Origin: Myxococcales bacterium
GTDB lineage: Bacteria; Myxococcota_A; UBA9042; JABWCM01; BTVJ01
Length of the DNA stretch: 64,000 nt
Direction: 5' to 3'
Assembly: GCA_045863395.1 (NCBI GenBank)
Contig: BTVJ01000031.1
Coordinates: forward strand, 1-64,000
Of the stretch, positions 27,801 to 35,070 are shown piece after piece (positions within the stretch are counted from its first letter, which is position 1; each line of letters starts with the position of its first letter). Position numbers and translations under genes: made by a program. The notes beneath the pieces were generated by a model that made no database searches, was not told the origin of the DNA, and saw only the letters and a program-made list of their open reading frames with translations.

Positions 27801-28409
27801 AACCCCTGCACCACGGACGCCTGCATACAGGGTGGCTGCTCGTACCAGCCCATCGTCTGTCCGACTCCCGACAAGTGCAATTCCGGTGTCTGCGTAGCGG
27901 GCGTGGGCTGCGCAACGACCCCGCTCCCCTGCGGCGATGGCGACCCGTGTACGACGGATGCGTGCGACGTGGACGACGGCTGCATCCACACGCCGAAGGC
28001 GGGCTGTACGGGCTGCCAGACCGGCGCCGACTGCGCCGACCAGGACCCCTGCACGACGGAGAGCTGCGTCGGTGGATCCTGCCAGTTCGCGCAGGTGACC
28101 TGCCCGGCCTCGGGAGATCTGTGCCAGCCGAAGGTGTGCGTTCCCAACCTCGGCTGCCAGGCGCAGCCCAAGTGCGACGATGGCAACGCCTGCACGACCG
28201 ACCTGTGCAACCCCTCCACCGGGGCGTGCAGCACCCAGCCCGTATCGTGCTCGGACGACCCGATCTGCTTCCCCGCGACGTGCTCACCGACCGCAGGCTG
28301 CCAGATCACGCCGCTGTGCAACGACGGGGACCCCTGCACCAAGGACGGGTGCAACCCCGCCACGCAGCAGTGTACGTTCACTCCCGTCGACCCCTGCGTC
28401 CAGCCCTGA
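21822..28409 (+). CDS. Giant lipoprotein (2195 aa) of roughly 80 Dictyostelium-type 24-25-aa Cys repeats
   Basis: Lipobox LVTAC, ~145-aa Asp/Ala linker, then CDDGNPCTxDxCDPxTGxC repeats up to the stop codon. Confidence 0.85.
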   Translation: MTRRSLERLGAAVLAACLVTACPDATLAPPPGSTDATAEDALNDATDSGTAMDDGAIQDATGDVWDVAVDAATDAPSKPDGITDAGTDAADAADAAADAQDVPSLSDAADGDAADPTDAGDVSPHPDADDVPDVPEPLDSGGPPDADDDTGTDGGPADTGPADAEPDAGPCTLAAHCSDGDPCTVDDCDEGTCIATPKICDDDNPCTDDYCSPLSGNCLAQAVTCNDGDACTDDLCVPGLGCITFVKPCDDGNACTLDDCSPLTGCAHVPDPCDDGDLCTADACDPASGCDHAGKACDGGKCFVGTCDALTGGCSQEPRDCDDGEPCTGDGCDPVSGCVHTGFSCMDTNPCVFSWCDGAAGGCVQTPVECGDGGPCIALECSPSQGGCVSVPVTCADGDPCTTDACGSSGCVHVAKPGCAGCAGDGDCDDGNACTVESCTAGTCKVDGIGCDDGDACTTDSCSKALGCLHVPTACGDGNPCTVDSCDPATGGCLHPELPCDDGDSCTLDGCNAALGKCASLPVPCNDGDPCTADDCDAATGKCVFLAQKCDDGNACTTSYCHPITGSCQHDGTVCDDGNPCTTDKCDGATGQCTFTAPQCSDGDPCTDDLCNAVTGACVWLPSKCDDGSKCTTDTCIAGVGCAQTPVDCSDGDPCTSDDCEPIQGSCVNLTGKCDDGDACTIDSCHPTTGACTNATVDCGDGNPCTDDTCDPAMGCASVASACDDGDACTDNVCTLPSGCSNPPVSCSDGDACTLDTCDAAAGCDHVAVACDDGEPCTIDLCNPADGQCVYPPDDCDDGNECTTDLCIDGAGCENAPKACDDGEVCTTDTCDPLTGACASAPTDCTDGNACTVDFCDQGSGACANAPVVCDDGNPCTDETCDPAFGCTSAPAACDDGDACTQNLCALPGGCFHPPTVCTDADACTIDTCDPTTGCAHAPVQCDDGDVCTADLCNSADGSCTFPPEDCDDDDQCTVDACAAGVGCVNAPKTCSDGDLCTLDACNPLDGACSHSQSACDDLSACTLDSCDPASGACSYLPVDCTDGDVCTDDGCDTASGCVSSPAACDDGDPCTANECSLPGGCTNPPLVCGDGDPCTLDTCDPVTGCVNPPVQCGDDEPCTMDVCNPLDGQCMYPPTDCDDGDECTADVCNDGVGCDNVPKVCDDGEVCTTDTCDPVTGACASGPTDCDDSNACTMDFCDLGTGVCANVAVSCADGDPCTDDACNPATGCESKPAACDDGNACTQNLCALPGGCTNPPVVCADTDLCTLDTCDPATGCKHATVDCDDGEICTADVCNPATGACLHPDANCDDENECTLDSCTPGVGCKHTAKDCGDGQVCTTDTCDPLTGACVSKPTDCNDGNACTADFCDLGTGQCAYVGVSCEDGNPCTDNACDPLSGCKTTQKSCTDGNACTVDSCSVPVGCVNTAITCNDGNTCTLDSCDPSTGCVFAQKDCDDGNACTDDACSGGDCAHEAVDCEDFNSCTSDACDPLGGCMHVPVSCGGTGCAKLFCVPGLGCQPPVLPCDDGDACTADACVANGCVHTPTNCNDGDVCTTDTCDAVTGACVGTTVKCTSPDGCLVGNCEGPTTGCVFAPLQCVSSGLCEDAECVGGACIVTPFDCNDDDPCTTDSCDPETGCAHTPVPACSSCQGPADCPVPGPCTWFSCEEGQCVSNETLCVGGGPCSPGACDPQVGACTYTAVDCDDGNACTNDVCVDDGDCAHTPVDCEDSDPCTFDACAGGVCTHVADPECDLCESDEECADEEPCTNDLCVTGQCEHVAKDCDDGDDCTGDACGALGQCFHFPILEDGCQGCTTAAHCADGDPCTVDSCADGECVFNPKSCDDGDSCTTDFCGPSGECEHFLAIDCVPCTTPGDCETGDPCILAGCVGGFCTATPKNCSDGDPCTLDLCNGDGDCIHNTVPGCQKCASAAVCNDDSACTVDTCEGGVCVWTQKVCDDGDPCTADLCNSAGVCVFLPKQGCTPCESDATCTDGNPCTTDACIQGGCSYQPIVCPTPDKCNSGVCVAGVGCATTPLPCGDGDPCTTDACDVDDGCIHTPKAGCTGCQTGADCADQDPCTTESCVGGSCQFAQVTCPASGDLCQPKVCVPNLGCQAQPKCDDGNACTTDLCNPSTGACSTQPVSCSDDPICFPATCSPTAGCQITPLCNDGDPCTKDGCNPATQQCTFTPVDPCVQP

Positions 28410-28416
28410 CCCCGAG

Positions 28417-28445
28417 TTGACAGCCGCCAGGCGCCGTCAGATGCT
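28417..28445 (+). promoter_or_regulatory. Possible internal promoter TTGACA-N17-GATGCT for the halogenase-like gene
   Basis: Perfect -35 box with a weak -10. Confidence 0.3.
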
Positions 28446-28471
28446 GAGGTTCTCACCTGATGGAGGGCCTC

Positions 28472-30046
28472 ATGAAGGTAGATCACGTCGTCATCGGTGC
28501 TGGAATCGCAGGCATCGCCCTGCGCCGCGCGCTGACCGGCAGCGTCGTCATGCTGGACCCGGAGCCGGCGGGCTACAAGATCGGCGAGTCGATCATCCCC
28601 GAGCAGTTCCACCACCCGCTGATGAGTGAGGCGCTGCCCGACGTCCGGCGCTGCGCCTCCTATTCGCCGAAGATCGGCACGACCTTCATCGGCGCTGGGG
28701 AGGTCGCCTGTTTCCCGCTCCAGACCCACCGGCTGCGGACCATGCACATCTACCGCTCCGAGATGGAGGCGCTGCTCCTCGAGCGCTTCGGCATCGAGGT
28801 CCGGCGCGAGCGGGTGACAGGCGTCGATGTGGCGGCGCGGGCCGTGACCACCGCCCAAGGGGTCTACGAGAGCCGAGGCCCCATCATCGACTGCTCGGGG
28901 CCCGCCATGGTCGTCGCCCACGCCATCGGCGAGGTGAAGCAGCTCTGGCCCGTGCACGCAGTGTGGGGCTACTACGACGTCACCGACGTGGACGACGGCC
29001 GCTTCTGGCGCGCGGTGGACGAGCGGGGCTGGAGATCCGCCTTCCTGGACATCCCGAGCGGCCACCTCATGCCCGAGCACAGCCCCGAGTCCTTCTCGCC
29101 GAGCCGCACGACCATCCTCGTCCAGCTCCGCCCGGGCACCTGGATGTGGCAGATCCCGCTCTGGAGCAGGTCACGCCTGAGCGTCGGCGTGGTCTCCCGC
29201 GGAGAGCCTTTCACGGTGGCCGCCTATCGCGCCCTCGTCGAAGAGCACGTGGCCCCGTGCTACACGCTGCGCTCCCGGGGCGACGACGGCCTCGACGGCC
29301 TCGACCGCATCCACCGGCGCTCCGGCTTCGCGCGCCGCGCCCACAGGGCGGCGACCGAGGACTACATCCTGCTCGGGGACGCCTTCGCCTTCGCGGACCC
29401 CGTGTACTCCGTCGGCACGGGCCTCGCCGTCAACAAGGCCATCGCGGTGGGGCAGCACCTGAGCGCGGCCCCCTGGACTGCGGCCGACGCAGCGCGGTAC
29501 TGCGCCGAGTACGACCACCTCATGGAGCGGGCCGTCCGCGCCTTCGACTTCTGGTACTCCGGGGAGGTGATGCGCGACGACAGCGCCGCCATGGAGGTGC
29601 AGGACGGCTTCCTGGTCGGCGGCGCCTTCCAGAAGGGCGCCTTCCACGCCTACGCGTCCGTGGTGCAGGACGCCGCCGAGGCGACCGACTCATGGCTGCT
29701 CTTCGAGGTGTCCGAGCTGCTGGGCGATGCGAGCGATCCCGGTCCCTGGCGCCTCGACCGGGTGGACGTGACCGGCGAGCGCGACGCCCTGCTCATCAGT
29801 TGGGTGCGGGCAGCGGGGCCGACCGTGTGCCTGGAGGTGGGCCCGGTCTCTCCGGGGCGCATCGCGCTCCGCACCTCTACGGGGCTCCGCATCAGCCACC
29901 GGGGCGACGCCCTCCCGGGCTTCACGGAGAACCCGGAGATGATGGCCCTCGTCGACGGGACGGCGCGGGCCATCGCGAGCCACCCGGACGGCTGGCGCCG
30001 GGTGCTCTCGGCGCTTCACGGGTCGTCGGAGCCCCAGTCCGAGTAG
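28472..30046 (+). CDS. Flavin-dependent halogenase-like FAD oxidoreductase with a C-terminal extension
   Basis: GAGIAG, KIGES, WMWQIP (WxWxIP) and GDAFAFADPVYSVG; GGAGG RBS before the ATG at 28472. Confidence 0.8.
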   Translation: MKVDHVVIGAGIAGIALRRALTGSVVMLDPEPAGYKIGESIIPEQFHHPLMSEALPDVRRCASYSPKIGTTFIGAGEVACFPLQTHRLRTMHIYRSEMEALLLERFGIEVRRERVTGVDVAARAVTTAQGVYESRGPIIDCSGPAMVVAHAIGEVKQLWPVHAVWGYYDVTDVDDGRFWRAVDERGWRSAFLDIPSGHLMPEHSPESFSPSRTTILVQLRPGTWMWQIPLWSRSRLSVGVVSRGEPFTVAAYRALVEEHVAPCYTLRSRGDDGLDGLDRIHRRSGFARRAHRAATEDYILLGDAFAFADPVYSVGTGLAVNKAIAVGQHLSAAPWTAADAARYCAEYDHLMERAVRAFDFWYSGEVMRDDSAAMEVQDGFLVGGAFQKGAFHAYASVVQDAAEATDSWLLFEVSELLGDASDPGPWRLDRVDVTGERDALLISWVRAAGPTVCLEVGPVSPGRIALRTSTGLRISHRGDALPGFTENPEMMALVDGTARAIASHPDGWRRVLSALHGSSEPQSE

Positions 30047-30663
30047 CCGGCGAGGCCCAGCGAGTCCCGGACACACCCCTCGAAGGCAGCGCACCGGAAG
30101 TCCAGGGGCGGAGGGTTCGGCGGCGCGAAGCGGGGACCCACGTCCCGCGCCGCGCACTGCTGGACGGCCACCATGTCCACCCGCCGGTGCGCCGCAACGA
30201 GACAGTGCAGTCGGGCCGTGTCGCGGTCGGCGACCGAGAAGCGGCAGCGCTCCATGGGCAGGTCCAGGGCCTCGCAGACCGCCCTTCGAGGCGCGGGCGC
30301 GGGTCCCGTGAGGTCCTCGAGGCAGCGGAGCGTGTCAGCCGCGACGAGCGCCCTGCACCCGTCGCGCGTCAGGCAGGCGAACACGGGCGCCGCCGCCGGG
30401 CCCAAGGCCGCGGCTGCCGGGGCGCAGTCTCCGGGGTGGCTCGGTGGCGCTCCGGTGCAGGCGGTCGTCCAGGCGAGGAGCCGGTCACAGGCTTGCGCGG
30501 CCGAGAGATCGGCCCACGGGTCCACGTCCTGGGCCGCGGTGGCATCGACAGCGTCAGTGGGGGGGGCGCCGTCCTCTGTACCAGCGTCAGGGGAGGCCGC
30601 ACGCTGCCCGGCGCAGGCCGACACGGCCAGAACGACAGAGATCGCCGGGGCCACTGCGCGCAT
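30016..30663 (-). CDS. Cys-containing hypothetical lipoprotein
   Basis: Lipobox AVSAC, acidic linker and multiple Cys. The 3' end overlaps the halogenase 3' end by 31 bp. Alternative GTG start at 30678. Confidence 0.6.
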   Translation of the reverse strand: MRAVAPAISVVLAVSACAGQRAASPDAGTEDGAPPTDAVDATAAQDVDPWADLSAAQACDRLLAWTTACTGAPPSHPGDCAPAAAALGPAAAPVFACLTRDGCRALVAADTLRCLEDLTGPAPAPRRAVCEALDLPMERCRFSVADRDTARLHCLVAAHRRVDMVAVQQCAARDVGPRFAPPNPPPLDFRCAAFEGCVRDSLGLAGYSDWGSDDP

Positions 30664-30674
30664 CCCCGCCTCGA

Positions 30675-32696
30675 TCACTCGACGACGTCCGCCAGCACGA
30701 GGCGGTCACGGCGCGCATCCACGTCGGTCACACGCACGCGCACCCGCGCCCCGACCTGCGCTGGGGACGTGGGGGACCAGGTCGCCTGGATGCCGAGCTC
30801 CGTCAGCTCCACGACGACGCGGGAGCCCATCTCCCGCAGCACGACCGCCTCCAGGACGTCGCCGCGCCGCCCGCCCAGGTGCTTGAGGATCCAGTAGCGC
30901 TTGGCCTCCCGCTCCATGCGCGAGAAGAGGCTCGACACTCCCTCCAGCTCGCCGAAGACGTGCAGGATCTCGCGCTCCCCGAGCGGCGCGACGCCGTCCC
31001 GCAGCGCCCCCTTGATCTGCGCGTGCATGACGAGGTCCTGGAAGCGCCGGATGGGCGAGGTCACCTGGGTGTAGGTGTCGACGCCCAGGGTGTAGTGGCG
31101 GTCGGGGACCAGCGACACCTCCGCCTTGCGCAGGCGGCGCAGGAGCTCGCTGATGGCGACCGGATCGTCTTCCTGGGATGGGTCGAGCTCGATGGGCTCG
31201 TCGGGGGCACCCTGGGTACGATAGACCGCCGGGATGCCTCGGGCGTGGCACCAAGCGGCGGCGTGCGTGCAGGTGGCGATCATGGTCTCGGCGACCAGCT
31301 CGCGGCTCGCGGACGCCCGGTCGATGCGCTCGACCCGCACGCCGTCCGAGCCGACCTTGACCTTGACCTCGGTCTGCTGAAACAGCAGCGCTCCACCCCG
31401 CCGGCGCGCCTCGCGGAGGTCTGCGGCGATGCCTCGCAGCCGCTCCAACAGAGGCGCGAAGGGTGAGGGCGCACCCCCCAGGATCGCGTCCCCATCCACG
31501 TAGGTGATCCGGGCCGCGACGCGCGCCAAGCCCTCGACGACCTCCGTCCCGATCACACGCCCGCCGTCCAGGTCCAGGCGGAAGTCGAGCACCAGGCGGT
31601 CCACGCCCGCCTCGAGGCTCAGCGCCACCTCGCTGAGCACCGGCGGCAGCATGGGCACCACCTGATCTGGCAGGTACAGGCTGGAGGCGCGGCGCCGGGC
31701 CTCCATGCCCACCTCGGTCTCCAGGGGCACGAGCTCGGAGGCGTCGGCGATGAGCACATGGAGCCGCGTGCGCCCGCCGGGCAGGTCCTCGACGGCCAGC
31801 GCGTCGTCCACGTCGCGAGTGTCCGCGTCGTCGATCGCCACGGCTACGAGGTGACGCAGATCCTCGCGGCCCCCGGTGGCCAAGGGACGGGCGGCCAGGC
31901 GCTCCGCCTCCGCGAGCACCGTGGCGGGGAAGGCTACCGGCACCTTGTGGCGGACCAGATCCAGGTTCTGGTCGGGGCCGAAGACGCCGAGGCGCGTCAG
32001 AACGTCCAGGGCGTGCCAGGCGTTCACGGTCTGCCGGTCGGGGAGCACGAGCTGGAGGATGGCCAGCGCCTTCTTCTCCCGCGCCCCCTCGATGGTCCCG
32101 AGGGCCAGGTCCCGCAGAAGGCGCACCCACGGCTCCGCGGCGGCCGGGGGCGGATCCCCCACGGTCTCACCCTTGTCCAGGAGCGCACGAATCTCCGCGG
32201 CTGCTCCCTGCTCCTCGTCACGAGCGGCCGTCTCTGCCCGGGCCTGGGAGCGCATCTGGTCGACGGTGCGCCGGGGGTTGGGGACGAGGCCCTCCTTGCG
32301 GGCCTTGAACCAGACCCGATCAGACCACAGCGCCAGCGCCATGGCGTCGGTGGCCACGGTGTCTCCCCCCGGGTTGGCGAGATCCGCCAGGTCGGCCAGG
32401 GACCAGGCGCCGCCATCGTCGACGAGGATCTCCCAGAGGGCCTCCATGTCCAGAGCGGCCAGTGACTCCTGGACGCGGACAAGGTATGCCTCCGCCTCGG
32501 CGACGGCCTGGGCCCCACGTGCCGCCGGAGACTGGATGCGCCGGGCGGAGACCCGGATGACCTTGTCGGACTTGAGCTTCTGGCGCACGCCACCGTGGAG
32601 CAGGACGTCCAGGGTGCCCCGGTCCTCGCCCAGCGCCACCGCTGCGACGAGCCGGCCGCCCAGCTCCGTGATCAGCACCGCCCCTTCCAGGCTCAT
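30675..32696 (-). CDS. RNB-domain exoribonuclease (RNase II/R family) with a C-terminal S1 domain
   Basis: Motifs AIDDADTRDVDDALAV, SLYLPDQVVPMLP, LVAETMI and YTQVTSPIRRFQDL; ATGA overlap with recD2. Confidence 0.92.
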   Translation of the reverse strand: MSLEGAVLITELGGRLVAAVALGEDRGTLDVLLHGGVRQKLKSDKVIRVSARRIQSPAARGAQAVAEAEAYLVRVQESLAALDMEALWEILVDDGGAWSLADLADLANPGGDTVATDAMALALWSDRVWFKARKEGLVPNPRRTVDQMRSQARAETAARDEEQGAAAEIRALLDKGETVGDPPPAAAEPWVRLLRDLALGTIEGAREKKALAILQLVLPDRQTVNAWHALDVLTRLGVFGPDQNLDLVRHKVPVAFPATVLAEAERLAARPLATGGREDLRHLVAVAIDDADTRDVDDALAVEDLPGGRTRLHVLIADASELVPLETEVGMEARRRASSLYLPDQVVPMLPPVLSEVALSLEAGVDRLVLDFRLDLDGGRVIGTEVVEGLARVAARITYVDGDAILGGAPSPFAPLLERLRGIAADLREARRRGGALLFQQTEVKVKVGSDGVRVERIDRASASRELVAETMIATCTHAAAWCHARGIPAVYRTQGAPDEPIELDPSQEDDPVAISELLRRLRKAEVSLVPDRHYTLGVDTYTQVTSPIRRFQDLVMHAQIKGALRDGVAPLGEREILHVFGELEGVSSLFSRMEREAKRYWILKHLGGRRGDVLEAVVLREMGSRVVVELTELGIQATWSPTSPAQVGARVRVRVTDVDARRDRLVLADVVE

Positions 32697-34879
32697 TGGG
32701 CCTCCCGCACGGCGTCTCGGATGCGGCTCGCCAGCAGCGTCGCACGCACGGACTGGTCCTGCCGCTCGACCGCGATCTTCAGCGCGCGCTGGGGGCCGAC
32801 CACCACGACGAGGCGCCGGCCGCGCGTCACCGCCGTGTAGAGCAGGTTCCGCTGCAACATCATGTAGTGCTGGGTGTGCAGCGGCAGGATGACCGCTGGG
32901 TACTCGCTCCCCTGGCTCTTGTGGACGGTGACCGCGTAGGCGAGCACCAGCTCGTCCAGGTCGGCGGCCTCGTAGAGCACCTCGCGCTCGTCGAAGCGGA
33001 CCGCCGCCTCTCCTGCGTCGGGGTCCACGCGGGTGACCCGCCCCACGTCGCCGTTGTAGACGTCCTTGTCGTAGTTGTTGCGGATCTGCATCACCTTGTC
33101 TCCCTCCCGGATGAGCCTCGTCCCCCGCCGCAGCTCGGGCCCCTCCGGATTGAGCAGCGCCTGGAACCGCTGGTTCAGGCGCTCGGCGCCCAGGTCGCCG
33201 CGGTGCATGGGGCACAAGATCTGGACGTCGTCCACGGGGTCGAGCCCGAAGGCGCTCGGGATCCGGCGCGTCAGCAGGCGATCGACCACGTCGAGCACGG
33301 CCTGGGGGTCGTCCTTGTCGATGATGTGGAAGTCGCCGGCGGGTCCCGGAGTAGCGGTCTCGGGCAGCTCACCGTGGTTGATGCGGTGAGCGTTGGTCAC
33401 GATGGCGCTCCGGGCACCCTGGCGGAACACCTGGTCCAGGCGGATCACCGTCGCGACTCCCGAGGCGATGATCTCTTTCAGGACGGCGCCCGGCCCGACG
33501 GGGGGGAGCTGGTCCACGTCGCCGACCAGCACCAGGCGCGCGTGAGCGGGCACGGCGGCGACCAGCGCGTCGGCCAGGGGCACGTCCAGCATGCTCGACT
33601 CGTCGACGATCACCGCGTCCGCGGAGAGCGGCTCGTCCTCGTTGCGCTGGAAGGCGCCCGCCCGCGGGCTCCACTCCAGCAGGCGGTGGACCGTCATGGC
33701 GCGGGCCCCCGTCGCCTCCGTCATGCGCTTGGCGGCGCGACCGGTCGGCGCGCAGAGCGCGACCCGCAGCGCCTGCTCCACCAGCGCGTGGACAACGGCG
33801 CGCAGGATGGTCGTCTTGCCCGTGCCGGGCCCTCCGGTGATCACCACCACCTTGCGCTCCAGCACCGACGCGACGGCGAGACGCTGGAGGGCGGCCAGCT
33901 CCAGGCCCAGGGCTGCCTCGGCCTGCGCCACGAGGCGGGCCGCGTCCTCGGGCAGGACGTGGTAGCGCCCGAGGGACAGAACGGCGAGGCCAGTGCCCAG
34001 GCGACGCTCGGCCTCGTACAGCCGGGCCGGGTACACGGCCGTGGCGCCGTCTTCGAGGGCGTCGAAGACGATGCGACCCTCTGCGACTAGGATCGGGAGG
34101 ACGCTCTCCAGGACGTCGAGGGGGATGTCCAGCTCCTGGGACGCCCGGCCGAGCAGGGTCCCCCGCTCGCAGAACAGGTGGCCGTCCTCGGAGACGCGGG
34201 AGAGCACGTGGACGATGCCCGCCTCGGCGCGCCGCGGGGAGTGCCGGTCGATGCCGACGCGCGCCGCGATGGCGTCCGCGATCTTGAACCCGATGCCGAC
34301 GACCTCGTCCGCGAGGCGGTAGGGATCGTTGCGGACGACCTCGACGGCCCGGTCGCCATAGGTCCGCACGATGCGGCTCGCGTAGGCCGACGAGATGCCC
34401 ACGCTGTGCAGGGTGACCATGATGGCCTGGACGGAGGCGTGGGCCTCGAAGGAGCGGCAGATGTCCCGTGCCCGCGCCTCGCCGATGCCCTCGACGTCCA
34501 GCAGGCGCGATGGGTCGGTGGCGATGACCGCCAGCGTCTGCTCTCCGAAGGCCTCCACCATGCGCCGCGCCGTCACGGGGCCGACCCCCTTGATGAGGCC
34601 CGACGCCAGGTACGCCTCGATGCCTTCGATGGTCGCCGGCACGCGCAGCTCGAAGGAGCGCACGCGGAACTGGCGACCATAGCGCGGGTCGGTCACCCAG
34701 TCGCCGTCGAGCCGCAGATCCTGCCCCGGGGCGATGGCCGGGATGGTCCCCACCACGGTGACCGTGTCCAGGAACAGGGGGACGTCCGTCCCCTGGATGG
34801 GGCGCACGTGCGCAACAGCGTAGTGAGTCTCGTCGTTGGAGTAGACGACGTGGTCGACCGTACCCTCCAGGGTAGCCAT
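32693..34879 (-). CDS. recD2: ATP-dependent RecD2-family SF1B helicase
   Basis: YGRQF, HhH region GIGFKIADAIA, GGPGTGKTT, APTGRAAKRM, VDESSM, GDVDQLPPVGPG and HKSQGSEY. Confidence 0.95.
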   Translation of the reverse strand: MATLEGTVDHVVYSNDETHYAVAHVRPIQGTDVPLFLDTVTVVGTIPAIAPGQDLRLDGDWVTDPRYGRQFRVRSFELRVPATIEGIEAYLASGLIKGVGPVTARRMVEAFGEQTLAVIATDPSRLLDVEGIGEARARDICRSFEAHASVQAIMVTLHSVGISSAYASRIVRTYGDRAVEVVRNDPYRLADEVVGIGFKIADAIAARVGIDRHSPRRAEAGIVHVLSRVSEDGHLFCERGTLLGRASQELDIPLDVLESVLPILVAEGRIVFDALEDGATAVYPARLYEAERRLGTGLAVLSLGRYHVLPEDAARLVAQAEAALGLELAALQRLAVASVLERKVVVITGGPGTGKTTILRAVVHALVEQALRVALCAPTGRAAKRMTEATGARAMTVHRLLEWSPRAGAFQRNEDEPLSADAVIVDESSMLDVPLADALVAAVPAHARLVLVGDVDQLPPVGPGAVLKEIIASGVATVIRLDQVFRQGARSAIVTNAHRINHGELPETATPGPAGDFHIIDKDDPQAVLDVVDRLLTRRIPSAFGLDPVDDVQILCPMHRGDLGAERLNQRFQALLNPEGPELRRGTRLIREGDKVMQIRNNYDKDVYNGDVGRVTRVDPDAGEAAVRFDEREVLYEAADLDELVLAYAVTVHKSQGSEYPAVILPLHTQHYMMLQRNLLYTAVTRGRRLVVVVGPQRALKIAVERQDQSVRATLLASRIRDAVREAQ

Positions 34880-34988
34880 GACGGTCCTTTCGGCGCGGGA
34901 GAACCCAATCAAGGCGGCAAGGTGCCACATCTCGGGGGCAGCGGCAAGGGGCCGGCGGTCGGAGCCCCCAAGCGGGTCCGAGGGTTGA

Positions 34989-35018
34989 TTGACAGGGCCT
35001 TCCGTCGCCTTCTATGAT
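34989..35018 (+). promoter_or_regulatory. Putative sigma70 promoter TTGACA-N18-TATGAT
   Basis: Near-consensus boxes upstream of the ATG at 35071. Confidence 0.6.
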
Positions 35019-35070
35019 TTGCGGCCCGCGACCCGCCGGTCGCTTGCGACGCACCCTCGGAGCACCGCCC

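Noticed and set aside
22330..28400. Regularly spaced TGCGACGACGG motifs resembling a CRISPR array
   Set aside because: The repeats are degenerate at wobble positions, in frame and protein-coding; no cas genes are present.
21822..28409. Multiheme cytochrome or RiPP precursor interpretation of the Cys-rich proteins
   Set aside because: There is no repeated CxxCH pattern, and I see no radical SAM, YcaO or lanthipeptide enzymes. The lipobox and regular four-Cys units fit disulfide-bonded repeats.
30016..30046. 31-bp convergent overlap of the halogenase and lipoprotein 3' ends
   Set aside because: Short convergent overlaps are common in high-GC genomes, and there is no further evidence of function.
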